Source of the DNA: Eukaryota sp. TZLM1-RC
Taxonomy: Eukaryota; Protista; Metamonada: BaSk clade
DNA: 64,000 nt
Reading direction: 5' to 3'
Assembly: GCA_040285825.1 (NCBI GenBank)
Contig: JAUPSS010000009.1
Coordinates: 372,001-436,000, forward strand
Shown piece by piece: positions 31,337 through 43,529 of the stretch (position 1 is the first letter of the stretch; every line of letters starts with the position of its first letter). The position numbers and the translations under genes were made by a program. Under the pieces are notes generated by a model that was not told the origin of the DNA, made no database searches, and saw nothing but the letters and a program-made list of their open reading frames with translations.

Positions 31337-34300
31337 TGTTATAACCCTCAGCAATTACCAATTCAATATTGAGCTGCTCTCACTTTTATAACACACTTCT
31401 TGTTCCTTTACCATTTGTATTTTAAGCGCAACAATAGCATCAATCAGACACAACATAAAAGACAATTCAGTTTGTTGTTTCATAAACTAAAATTACATTT
31501 ACACTATGAACCCATTAGCATGTTTACCTTTAATGTTGGCGCCCTAAGGCTTTTATAATATGAATACAAAATAAATTATATTTATCTCAACCACTTTTGC
31601 AACCTCAGGCAACAATAATTATTGGCCGTATTAGGTTATAGGTATACCGCTTACACAACTCACAGCTATCGAACAGAGGATATCTTCAGCAGATATCATG
31701 TCAGTTTGGAGACGTCCTGAGGATGACCACCTATATGGTTGATCACTCCATATCTGCATCAATTAGGGGAAGCAGCGGTTTAATAACCCTCTCACCCGCC
31801 CTTATTGCAGAATATTTTCTCTTGGGTATAGATAATTTTGCCATCACCAAGGAGCTGGCAAGCCATTGGACAAGAGAAGATTTATGGGACCCTTCAACAG
31901 GTACAACTTTGTTAGACCTGATTTCGACTACCAGGAGACACTTTCTAGCTTGGTGCCAAACAACAGGAAATAGGCACACCATGGAACTTTTGAGAAAACA
32001 AGCTGAAAGAGATGAAGACATCCCATTAGGCCTTTCGACCATGAGAACGTTCTCTAGAGGAGCAACCCCATCTGGTCCAGGTAATAAACGTCGCTCGGGA
32101 GGCGGATTCAAAGGAACTCTCCAAAACAAATATGTCCCTGAAAGACATGAACGAGAGGGATCTAAGTTCTGTACATTCTGTAACGTTACCGAAGGAAATA
32201 ATCCTATCGGTCACACGGTTTCGAATGCAAAGATCCCCGTTGTACCAGGAGCAAGGTACCAAAGGAATTGAGGTTTAAGATCGGCGAGGCTCATCAGCCT
32301 GCGAGAAGTGGCAGCGTAGCTAGAGGCCGAGGTGGCCGTGGTAGACGTGTTTCTAGATTTAGAGGTAGGGGCCGAAGTGCCCATTTTAGAGGACATAAAG
32401 GTAGAGGTCAGTATAGAGCTATTTATTACATAAATACACAAGAGGATACATCATCAACATCATCCCCTTCTGAGAACGTGTCAGCTAGTTCGAGCATGAC
32501 CTCTCACAGACGGATTGACCGTTTCAGCAACAGGGTCAGAAATACAGGAAACTTTCCCAGTCGGAAACAAATCAACGCAATCAATCATAATCAATCAATT
32601 GCCGATTTCGGAAACCCAGTTAACAACTCCCCAACAGCTCAACAATTCTAACTAAATCCTCTACAATTCCACAAGCCCAGCTCTGATATCAATAGTATTT
32701 TTGGTATAAATTCTACGGTTAGGGAGAATCACATCAGATCCCAGCGTTCTCCATTTCTAAGATTGGAGATTTTAATAAATAATATAAAAATGATTGCAAC
32801 TATTGATTCGGCAGCGTTTTGTTCGGTTATAACAGAAGATTTGGCTAACAAATGCAATATGTCAATCAATAGAGATGATACAATTGAGTTCTTACCAGCC
32901 AATAATGTATCAAGTAAATCGCCAGGGAGTGCAAATGGTATTCTGTCGTTCAACGTAGGAAGCATTGCGCACCAAGTACATTATAGACATACTCTTCCCA
33001 TAATCCCGGGTTCGAACAAATTATTAATAGGGATAGACATGTTAAAAACACTTGGGCTTCAGACGGATGATGGTCTTTTCATTAGATTAGACAAAGAACA
33101 CCGCACTTTGTTAAATGCAGAATCTGAATTCGACTCAAGAATCGCTCAACATTCGATTGGGACCTTAGATAACCAATCATCGAGTCCTTCCGATTTTGAG
33201 GAGCAGTTAACTAGATCTGGTTGCGAGATAAAATTAGATGATGATAATAATGAATTTAAATTAACGAGTCTACTAGGAATTTTCAGCGATGTTTTTAGTG
33301 AAACTCCAAACGGAAAAGGAATCGATTGTGAACCTCTAACAATCCCCTTTAGAGATGAGAATGCTATAGTACATAAACCTGCTAGACGATTAAATCCCAG
33401 TAAAATGGAAATAGCAAACAAAATATTTGATGAACTGATTGAAATGGGCTATGCAGTTGAATCTAATTATAAATTCAGCTCTCCTATTGTCTTAGTTATA
33501 TATCCTGACGGCAAGAAACCCAGGCTAACTGGAGACTTTAGTGGTAAAGATGGAGTCAATGCCCACACGATTTCAGTAGAGCCTAATCTACCTAGAATTA
33601 GTGATATTTTAGAATTTTTAAGTAGAGCAGATTACATAGCCACGCTTGATTTACCAAAAGCTTTCTGGCAGATGAATGTAGCTGAAAAGGACATTGAGAA
33701 AACATCAATCTCAATCCTTGGAAGGTCAATTATGTTTAAAAGAGCTTGCTTCGGATTAAAGAACATCCCAGCAGTTTTTCAAAATGTAATGATGGAAATA
33801 TTCCAAATTGATGGCGTTTTTATATATATCGATGATATTATAATAGTTGGAACGACTTTCGATGAATTTTATAAGAGATTACAAAGAGTCCTCCAATGCG
33901 CCAGAAATAGACGTGTAAATATAGGTCTACGCAAATGTAAATTCGTAACATCCAAACACCCTATTGATATTTTAGGAAGCACCTTCCTAGATAAAACCAG
34001 ATTTATTAGTAAGAAAAAAATCGAAGCATTGATGAGAATCCCTAGACCAATCAGTGAAAGAAGTTCGCTCATTGGTAGGATCCATCAATTATATAAGAGA
34101 CTGGCTTTTAGGTATTTCCGAATTAATAGCTCCAATTAATGAGTTAATTAAAGGAAAACTTAGAGTAGTAAAATGGATCAACGAGCATGACGATTATCTT
34201 AAACAAATAAAAGATTTAATAATTAATCACATGCCCCTAGAATTACCAGCTCCGGGCAAGCGTGTACTAATAAATACTGACGCATCAGATGTAGCAGTTG

Positions 34301-35662
34301 GAGGTGTTATCTGGCAAGAAATTGAACCATACTCCCCTGCAGGAACCCCGCTGAATGAAAGGAAAGTGAAACCCTTGTCGTTTTATAGTAGATTACTTAC
34401 AGAAACACAAAGAAAATGGTGCACTTTACAGAAAGAATTATACGCAATTCTTCTGATTTTAACTGAAAGTTGTTCAGAAAGCTACCTTTTGACTAGACAT
34501 GTAACAATTTTCACTGATCACAAAATTATCGCATTCCTGGCCACAGCCCCTGAGAAAAATAGAATTGTAAAGAGATGGCTGCCGATACTATCTCAATTCG
34601 ACTTTGATATAGTCCATGAACCAGGTGAAGATAACCACTGGGCAGATATGCTATCGAGGAATATTGTATTTAGATCAAAATGAGGAAACTCCTTCCATGT
34701 GTAGTATAAATATACCAGATACTTTACTTTCGAATTACGAGATACCTCCAATAGACGATGATTCTGATTCGGACCTGGAAGACATCCCATCAATTTCATC
34801 TCTAAGTAGACACCAGGACTTACCTATTTTTTCTTCTTGGTTCTCTAAAATAAGATCTGAACAACAAATAGCCAAAAATAATAATGACCCTCTATTTGAG
34901 AATGCAATTCTAGACGAAAATACTCAAATTTGGAAAAACAATAAAAATAAAATTTTAATTCCAAAAAGCCTCAGAAAACAGGCACTATTATTAATTCATG
35001 GATTGGTTCAATCAGGCCACCCCAGCAAAAACGACAGTCTACATAAACTGTCCAAAAGCGACTTTTTCTGGCCTAATATGAGAAAGGACCTCATAAACCA
35101 CATCAAAAGATGCCCAACTTGTCAAAAAACGGCACCAGTTAAAAGAACAAAAACACCTTCCACAGGTTCCCTTTGGACAGATCGTCCTTTTGCCAGATTA
35201 AATGTTGACACAATTGGACCTCTGAATACTGATAGTGATGGTAATAAATACTTATTAGTATTTGTAGATTCTTTTACTGGATATTCAATTCTAGTCCCTC
35301 CAAAAGAAATCAATGCCTTAGAGACCGCAGACGCTTTGATTTGGAACGTTTGCGCAATTTTTGGCATACCTATGTTAATTCATAGTGATAATGGTCCCGA
35401 GTTCGCCAATGAGACTTTTAAGATAGTGTGTAATAGATTAGCCATTGAGATGAGTAACTCAATACCCCACTACTCTGATAGTAATGGACTCGTAGAGCGA
35501 AAACATAGAGACGTTCTACAATGCTTGAGGAAATTATTAATAGATTTTAATGATTACGGAAATTGGTCTACTTATGTACCCATATCCCAACTATTTGTAA
35601 ATTCCACTAAAAGCAGAAAGACAGGTTTTACACCTTACGAACTAATGTTCGGAAAAAAATGA
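31337..35662 (+). mobile_element. Ty3/Gypsy LTR retrotransposon, 3'-truncated, with frameshifts (5' LTR ~31337-31614; gag-PR-RT-RH-INT)
   Basis: gag with CTFC...GH..(E)C and an RG-rich tract; PR IDSAA; RT LDL..AFWQ, FGLKN, YIDD; RH TDASD, KELYA, TDH, ADMLSR; INT H..GH..CPTC, VDTIGP, SDNGPEF, NGLVER. It ends at PYELMFG with no 3' LTR. The LTR left edge is uncertain (31321 or 31337). Confidence 0.93.
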
Positions 35663-36123
35663 GATTTTATTTAAGTATTTGAATTGATCAATTACTAATA
35701 AACTGTAAATTCGCTCCACTATTATTGAATTGATAATTCGTAAGCCATTATTGACTTGAATTAATTGGAATGCGCTTTTCAAGGAAATGATGATAGAAAT
35801 AAACAACAGGTTATTGCTTAACTGTTGATATTTATGCAACATAAGCAGTGATAGAATTTATAAAACATGCCCGCTGATGTGATTGTAAAGTCAGTAGGAA
35901 GGTTTACCAACATATTGACATGGGAAGTCCAGATCCAAACCAATGATGAATTGTAAACACTGTATATAGTATGCTTTGTAGCAATTAACCAAGTTTGCTT
36001 GACACTTTATTCTATCAATAGCTGAATAAACATCCCTACCTCTGGTTTGAAAATTGAAACCCCAAAGAAAAACAACAACAGATGGGAGATATCAAACAAA
36101 CATAACATGTTACAAACAGCAAA

Positions 36124-37101
36124 CTACCTATTGATCCTACCAATAAGTTGCTCTATTTTGAATTCCATCTCTTCTCGCTCAATTTCACCATTTTGAAAAT
36201 CAGTGAAAACCTTTTTTGAAGCAAGAGAGTGTTGTACTGCAGGGACACCCAGTTTATCTGCCATTATCTGTTGAACTCTTGCCGCAAATTCCTCTGCACT
36301 TTCATTAGCTAATGGTGGAACAGGTGGGAGGTACTGTACTTCCAACTTGTTATAAATCTGTGACATTACTCTCAGTACATGCCAAAAAGTGCTGAGCATA
36401 GACCATGATTGTGGACAGTATTTGTGTGTGTATTTCAGCAATACAGGTTGGACAGGAAGTAAAGGAGCGAAAGCACCCTTTTTGAACTGGAGTAAGACTT
36501 TCCCATTAGATGTTCCTCCTTCAGGAAATACCACTAAAGGCAACTCTGAATCCTTATTCTGGTTAGAGGTAACACGTTCCTTTATTTGTTGGGCCACAAG
36601 TCTCCTGGCGTCCTTACAATCACGATTCACAAAGATACATTGAAGAGAAATAGCAATTTTACCAACAAAAGGTATCTTGGCAACAGAACATTTGGCTATA
36701 AAGCTAGGTGGAAATGCGGAAAGGCAGTAGAAGATGTCCTGCCATCCAACATGAGGGGCTGTAACAAGAATGTATTCACTACTGAGAGGTGGTTTTACAC
36801 CACTTTCACGTATATAGTAATAACCATTAATGAATAGAACCAGCCGACAGAAAGGTCTAAAAACAACAAACAAAAATCTACGACGCAGAGGCGAGAGAGG
36901 GGAGCGTGGATGTAGTCTTGTGAGGTAAAATAATTGCTGAACAAGCCAGTAGAAAAATATAAGTGTCCATGTTAGAGAAAAACGGAGAATAACTAACCAA
37001 GGAGACACAAACACGTACTTCAAAAGCTGCAGTGCATTAATGGTTACTCTTCCATCACCAAACGTTGTCATTAAGATGTCATTGATTGAAGGAGTGGTCA
37101 T
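36124..37101 (-). CDS. Lysophospholipid acyltransferase (LPCAT/LPEAT, PlsC family)
   Basis: PHVGWQD (HxxxxD), FVNR, FPEGGTSNG, FKKGAF...VQPV. The start is uncertain (ATG at 37101 or 37164). Confidence 0.9.
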   Translation of the reverse strand: MTTPSINDILMTTFGDGRVTINALQLLKYVFVSPWLVILRFSLTWTLIFFYWLVQQLFYLTRLHPRSPLSPLRRRFLFVVFRPFCRLVLFINGYYYIRESGVKPPLSSEYILVTAPHVGWQDIFYCLSAFPPSFIAKCSVAKIPFVGKIAISLQCIFVNRDCKDARRLVAQQIKERVTSNQNKDSELPLVVFPEGGTSNGKVLLQFKKGAFAPLLPVQPVLLKYTHKYCPQSWSMLSTFWHVLRVMSQIYNKLEVQYLPPVPPLANESAEEFAARVQQIMADKLGVPAVQHSLASKKVFTDFQNGEIEREEMEFKIEQLIGRINR

Positions 37102-37214
37102 TGATTGAGTGATTGAATTGTGAGCTTTTGCAGGAATATTTATGACTTTTGTTGGTGACTTCATTGTCCATTTAAAAATTATTGAACACATAGAACGGTT
37201 CACCACTTCTTCAC

Positions 37215-38579
37215 ATGAGTGAACCACTTCTTTTTAATGAGTCACCAACAACATCAAAATCCTCAGTATTTGGATGGGTTTCGTTTTCTTTGGTTTGGAA
37301 CCTATCAAATTCAATCGTTTACGCAACACTATTTCCAAGACTCCTTGAAGATTTTACTGATGATTCAGAAGGTTATTACAGTTTAGCAAGTGCAGCAACT
37401 ACCTATATCGCCTCAATTCTTCTTCCAGTGCTTGGTATTCTCACTGATAAATCAGCTGCAGTCAGGCGATATCTCATTGTCTCTGCTTTTCTTGGTCTTG
37501 CAATCAATTTCACCTTTCCTTTCCTCGATACCATTCCTTTATCTAACAAGTCTATCGTTGTCATTGCTGTTCTTGCATATGTTCTGGGCATGTTTCTTCT
37601 TCGCTTAGCTGTTATGTGTAACAATGCACTTCTCTCTTCATTCCCTTCTTCGAAGCGGGTCTCTCTTTCACTACTGTCAAATCTAGTAGGATTTGGTGTG
37701 GCTCTTTTAGCCTTTATTTGGTTTGCTTCCAATAATCTCATCCATAATTGCCATTCACACAGGTATTTCTCTTTTATTTGCAAGACTGCTTTGTATGACC
37801 CATCTAAGCTTTCTCTCTATGTTTTAATCTTCACTTCATGTTTATTGCCATTATTAATTCTATCCCCAAAGCAAAAAGGCAACCGATATCGTGATACAGT
37901 CACTTTCAAATCAGTTTTTATTGGTTTCTTTTCCGCCTTACGTCAACTTCATGTTAACTCTGATTACTCGACTCTCAAAAGATTTCTTTACACTTATCTT
38001 TTTTATTCCACTTCTGGTACAGTAATGTCTATCTTTTTACCTACTTATTTGACGTTTATGTTTGATTTGGATCTGAGTGAGCGTTCGGTTCCAATGTTTC
38101 TATTTTTAGCATCTTTTGTAGTTGGTGTTTTTGTTGGAATGGCATCTTCCAAATTGAACAAGAAAGCTTCGCTGAAAATTGACTTGATACTACTATTTAT
38201 TCAAAACTTTCTATTTGTTGTTTCTTTTGGAGCAATGTACATTTCCGAGTGGTTTTTTTCATCACAAAGCACGCATTTCCTCGTTGTCAAGATTCTTTCT
38301 TCATTTATTGGACTGCTCTATGCTTGGAACGCTTCCCTTTCAAGAGCCTGTATGTCAAGACTCACACCGCCTAATGAGGGAGCTTTCTACATGGGCTTAT
38401 TCTCAACAGCCACCTACCTTGGTATTGGACTAGTTTCAACCTTCCTTTCATTAGTTAAGAAATTTGGTCTTTCAATGAGAGTTTTACCTTGTCTTCTTTC
38501 TTTTGTTGGAATGCCTGCCTCTTTGTCTTTGTTATTACTGATTAGGTTGGTTGGGAAGGATTTTACTAATATTAATTAA
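37215..38579 (+). CDS. MFS transporter, ATG22/UMF1-like
   Basis: About 12 TM segments; PVLGILTD; SRACMSRLTPP..GAFYMGLF. Confidence 0.8.
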   Translation: MSEPLLFNESPTTSKSSVFGWVSFSLVWNLSNSIVYATLFPRLLEDFTDDSEGYYSLASAATTYIASILLPVLGILTDKSAAVRRYLIVSAFLGLAINFTFPFLDTIPLSNKSIVVIAVLAYVLGMFLLRLAVMCNNALLSSFPSSKRVSLSLLSNLVGFGVALLAFIWFASNNLIHNCHSHRYFSFICKTALYDPSKLSLYVLIFTSCLLPLLILSPKQKGNRYRDTVTFKSVFIGFFSALRQLHVNSDYSTLKRFLYTYLFYSTSGTVMSIFLPTYLTFMFDLDLSERSVPMFLFLASFVVGVFVGMASSKLNKKASLKIDLILLFIQNFLFVVSFGAMYISEWFFSSQSTHFLVVKILSSFIGLLYAWNASLSRACMSRLTPPNEGAFYMGLFSTATYLGIGLVSTFLSLVKKFGLSMRVLPCLLSFVGMPASLSLLLLIRLVGKDFTNIN

Positions 38580-38676
38580 AATATTTATTGTGTAGTTTTA
38601 GTTGTCTTTTTGTTTAAATTTGTTTTTAAATGAAATTTATTTGAATTTTGGTATTTTGTCAATATTAAACCTTTAA

Positions 38677-39843
38677 ATGTCTCTTGCCTCACGTGTTCAG
38701 GAACGTATCAACACAGGACAACGTATCCCACCCCCTCAATTCTTAGATAGGTCTTCATTAAAGCAACTGAAGGACAGCTCCTCACCTCCTCTCTTCCGCA
38801 CATTTTCTCTACAATATATTCTCAAACCAGCAGCTCGATTTGTCGATCGAATCGTTCCTTCCTCCATTGGTTCAACTGCTCTGTTTCTGCTGATAAACAT
38901 TTCCACACTGATCATCTCCTTAGTATGTTCGTTGATCATCTTTCATGCTCGTGCCCATCCCACTTACCTACTTGCGATCACTTCGATCTGCTCATTCTTA
39001 TCTGCCATATCATTTCCTCTCTCCATATCCCATGCTAATAAGATACGGCGGACAACCCCTGTCCTCTACCTTGCTCAGTCTCTCTTCCAGGCGCCACTTG
39101 TCTGCTTGTTCGCTCTTTTTTTCAGTATAGCTTCTGTTGACAATTATTCAAACATATCCTTAATCCACGTCATGGTTGCTGGCTTGTATCAGCAATCAAT
39201 CACAATCAGACGGCTAGTAACCCTCACAGAGTCAAGAGAAGTTCCGAGAATTGTGATTGGAAACTCTGCTGATGTCTTGGTTTTATTTTCTGTTATTTCT
39301 CTCTTTTCAATATTCACTGAACATCTACTCCTTCATTTGACTGTGCTGGTGGGTTTCTTTTTTGGAATTTTGGTCCATGTTTACAAGTCAATTATCATTG
39401 ATAAGCAACACTCTGTGGTTTATCTTGCCGCAGTAAAAAGATGCATCTCTAAATTAATTCCTCTATTATCTCTTTACTTATTTACCTCTCTTTGGGCATT
39501 TTTTGATCAAAATTCGGAAACTTCTGCTGTGCTTTATGGGGTCGTCATCAGTACTTTTACCTCTACCATCGCTTCTAAATTAGAACTACATCGACAATCT
39601 GGAAGTAGTTTTTATATTGCCCAACCAATTATTTTGTTGGCCGTTTTAGGGTTTTCCAGTGCTTTTTGTTATCAGAAATATGGTTTTTATTTTATTTTAA
39701 GTACTCATTCTTTGATGATTCTTACCTTAATTATCACGATTGGGGTTTTGGTACAGTATATCTCTTCTGTGTTGAAAGAATTTGCCAAATCTTTACATCA
39801 ATCAGTTTTAGAATTAGATGTAGTTTACGCACAAAATAAATAA
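38677..39843 (+). CDS. Choline/ethanolamine-phosphotransferase (CEPT)-like membrane protein with a degenerate catalytic motif
   Basis: N-terminal LDRSSLKQLK...YILKP..F..IVP layout and TM pattern resemble CEPT1/EPT1; the DxxDGxxAR position reads PLSISHANKIRRTTP. Confidence 0.5.
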   Translation: MSLASRVQERINTGQRIPPPQFLDRSSLKQLKDSSSPPLFRTFSLQYILKPAARFVDRIVPSSIGSTALFLLINISTLIISLVCSLIIFHARAHPTYLLAITSICSFLSAISFPLSISHANKIRRTTPVLYLAQSLFQAPLVCLFALFFSIASVDNYSNISLIHVMVAGLYQQSITIRRLVTLTESREVPRIVIGNSADVLVLFSVISLFSIFTEHLLLHLTVLVGFFFGILVHVYKSIIIDKQHSVVYLAAVKRCISKLIPLLSLYLFTSLWAFFDQNSETSAVLYGVVISTFTSTIASKLELHRQSGSSFYIAQPIILLAVLGFSSAFCYQKYGFYFILSTHSLMILTLIITIGVLVQYISSVLKEFAKSLHQSVLELDVVYAQNK

Positions 39844-40022
39844 ATTCTAAATTCAATAATTGGATTTTTACTGTTGTGGAAAGCAATTTCATTTGTAATT
39901 ATATTTTTGGTTTATTTGTTGACTTCTCAACAAAATTGAGAAAAAAATGCTGGAGAGATGCTTGTTATAGACCATCTAATAAAATTTTAGATATCAATGA
40001 TTATTAGAAAAAAGAACAGAGT

Positions 40023-42980
40023 TTATAGAATGGAACAAACACTGCTACATTGTCTCAACTTCACAGCAGCTAATGGATGACCAGCCATTTGAGCGTCACT
40101 GTAACATTGTTTGGCCATCCGAACGTTCCGAGTTAGACCAAGGCCATTTTCATAACTTCAACAGTGCTTCCTGATGACCCATTTCAGCAGCTTTTTGGTA
40201 ATGAAATGCTGCTCTGAAATAGTCTTGCTCAACACCCCTACCACTTTCACAGAAATTTCCTAGATTGTATATTGCATTCGGATGACCGATATAAGCAGCT
40301 TTTTTAAACCAGTGAAATGCTTGTCTATGATCTTGGTCAACACCTTCTCCATCTCTATAACAAGCCCCTAAAAAGTACATTCCTGATGAAGAACCAGCTT
40401 CAGCTGCCTTTCTGTACCAACGAAAAGCTTCTTGATAGTTTTCATCAACACCAAAACCCCTTTGATAACAAGAACCTAGCAGCGACATGGCAACAACATG
40501 ACCACCAGCAGCAGCTTTTGTGAACCACAGAACGGCTTCAGGGTATCGATTCTCTGAATAATGAGCAAAACCCTTGTCAAACATGATTTTAGTCATGGCA
40601 CCAGCAAATGTGGTCTCAAGTTCCCCATTTTCTGTTAAGAATTGAGTGGAATTTATAAATCTATGAGCTGGATACTGAATCCACCATGGAAAACAAGATA
40701 GCTCACTCAAATAATCATTTTTGACTAGTTCAACAGATTTAATAAAACCTTGATTAGCAAGTTTTGTTGGATATAAAGGAGAATATACCAGCATGGATTC
40801 TGCAGGCGTAATCAATTGAATGAACTTCAGCGAAGGAAAGTTTTGTTCAGTAATATTGGTAGGAACCATACCATGAAGTTTCAATTCCTTCAAATTTGGT
40901 AATTTAATTTGAATATCATCATCAAATGGCCATAATTCTAATCTAACAATAGAGTCAGGTAGAGGTACTTGTCCAACTGATATTCTTTCAGGAAGATCAA
41001 GAGATAACAAAAGCAATTCTTTCAATGATGTAAGATAGCTCAAATCGGCAAATACAATGTCATCATGTCTGATCACTAACTTCACTAATGAAGTAGGTAA
41101 TCGGTTTATTATCATTGGAAAAGTAAGCTCTAGAGCCAGTAAATGTAATAAATGCGCCAGATTTAAGTTACTCTTGTGAGGAACAAATCCGCCAAGCAGA
41201 ACAACCTCAACGTTAGGGAAAAGCGACAATAATTGTGGATCATAATCAGCATCATCATAGAAAACATCAAGTTTTTTAATTCTGGTATTAATTACTTTGG
41301 GACCATTATAGGAAGTGGATAATCTCAATTGTAAATCACGAATAGATTGGTTTAAAAATAAATCTTGAGGAGCTTTCAAAAGCACCAAATCTCGAATAGA
41401 ATAATCATTGAGCACTGTTTCACCTAGATTAACCAATCTTTTGCTAATTAAGCATTTGCTGTAAAATCTTGCTTTGACATATGGATGATTTCCAAATAGT
41501 TCTTTCAAATAATTTAAATATTCCCAATAAACAAGCTTAATTAGACCACTAAACATTCTATCCAAAGGTTGTTTTGAATATTGAAAACTGCCAAGAATTT
41601 CAGAGCCAAATACTTTGACAGGTTCATGTCGTTCAATCAAATCACCTGTACCTAATTGACCTTGGTCGTTCTTTCCCCAAGCCCAAACAGTGTTTTTGTT
41701 GTAAGCGTAGAGAAAACCAAATCCAACTGAAATACTTTCTGAATTGTTTGGGGTTTCAAAGCAAGATGGAAACCTAATGTTTTGATAAAAGCAACTTGTT
41801 TTCCCCAACTCACCCCACACATAAACTCTTCCATTATTACAAACAGCACCTTGAAATCCTAAACAACCACTGATAGAAACAATATCAAACCCGTGATACT
41901 TGATGGGTTGCCGGTTAAAGCAAAGATCATGATCGATCTGCCAACCATGACCATTAGTATCAACCAAAAAAAGACAGAGCTGATCACAATGATGGTCAAG
42001 AAAAAATGAAGACTTTGATGGAGCTTTTGGAATAAAGTACTTAGATACTGGAACTTGAGTTATACAACCTTCACTACCATAGAAAACACGAAGCTTACTA
42101 TCAATTGCAACAAACGAATCACCATCAGTGCAAAGAGATTCTATATCATTAAGTTCTTGAAGGAATTCATACGAATGCCCATACCCCCAAATAATGATAT
42201 GACCTTCCATGGTAAGAGCAAAAGAACTTTTATGACCACAATAGATTTCCTTAATATGATAAGGAACTTTGATCAGGGTAATTGGTAGTAAACAACTACT
42301 TGACATTTCAAGTTGATTGAACACGTTGCTACCCCAACCAAATAGTTTCCCATCAAAGGAAAGGGCAAGGGAGTGACAATATCCAGCTGAAATAGAAATA
42401 ATGTTACTGATTGGCAATTTGACTGGTAATTTGACCATTTGAGGTCCATTGAAAAGAACTTCCCCATAATAATTATAACCCCAACCATAAACCTCACCAC
42501 AATATGTGAGTAGAAGGGTGTGATTAGGAAACTTCGAAACTGAAATGGTTTTGACTCCTACCTTTGGACCCGATCGATCGGCAAAAGGTGTGGGAAAAGT
42601 GCTAGTGGAACAATTAGTTGCACGGGATTGGCTGCTGAGACACTGTCCGGGCAACTTGGTAGAAGATTTAAATTGAACAATAGGAGAAGGGGCCGCTGAG
42701 TGAAGTGGTAGGGAATAAGGAGAAGAAGATCGCGATGAAACATCTAATCCAGGAGAGAGGCCGATTGTTTTTGAAAAAGATGAGGATACATCATGGCGTA
42801 GAAATTGTGGAGATATTTCAGGTGAAGGGGTGGAGTCTGCATAGTAAAAATCAGGAGAAGGGCTGGAGTCTGCATAGTAGAAATCAGGAGAAGGTGTGGA
42901 TGTGGATGACGGAACTTCCACAAAGGAGAGGCAAATCTATCGCCAGACTGACGACGTCCTTGACCACAATGCCTGAACAT
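40023..42980 (-). pseudogene. RCC1-repeat, LRR-like and Sel1-repeat protein with frame disruptions at both ends (main ORF 40150-42921)
   Basis: RCC1: GEVYGWGYN..G, ISAGYCHSLAL, WAWGKNDQGQLG. LRR-like: LPTSLVKL, LTSLKEL. Four Sel1 repeats; a fifth, ending CSIL*, continues in another frame to 40023. There is no in-frame ATG at the 5' end. Confidence 0.75.
42822..42892 (-). repeat. 33-bp in-frame duplication (SPDFYYADS.P twice)
   Basis: Seen directly in the ORF N-terminus. Confidence 0.85.
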
Positions 42981-43134
42981 ATTGAAGGTTCGATAAATTG
43001 ATTTTTATGTTGCAAAAATTTCCAATAGAGTAAATTCAACTTTTGAAATTTTGATGAAATTCGAAATCAACTTTCATCTCTTTTAGAAAATTTTGAACAG
43101 GAACTTGCTATTCTTTCAGATTTAAATAAAAAAG

Positions 43135-43515
43135 ATTGAAAAGGTACAATGAACCCTTATCTCAGCTAAAACATGTTGAGCATGTAAAGTATGAGCTGGT
43201 TCCATTTGCTATTTCTCTTTTTGGGAAAATTGCAATATCTGGCATTAAATTTCTCCAAGGTTTCAGAAGTTTAATAAAAGAAAGAGCGGGAAAAGAATTG
43301 AACTTCATTTTCTGGCACGACAGAATTTTTTTTCAGTATTCTTAAAGCAATTCCCGAAATGATAACCATATCACTACTATTATTAGGAATAGAATATGAG
43401 AATCGCGCATTGAAGAGGTTTGATGATTTTGATGCATGTGTTGAGGATATTGATTTCTAGTTTTTTGTTCATTTGTTTTGTTTGCGTTTCAAAATAAAAA
43501 AATATTTGAAAAAAG
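43135..43515 (+). mobile_element. Subfamily-E RLE 3' fragment
   Basis: YNEPL...YELVPFAISLFG...EDIDF*, AATAAA, A-rich end; homologous to 54455-54830. Confidence 0.85.
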
Positions 43516-43529
43516 GTAATTCAACTGAA

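Noticed and set aside
35905-35955. FIIGLD(L/P)G-like RuvC-I motif on the minus strand
   Set aside because: Needs an indel and lacks corroborating motifs.
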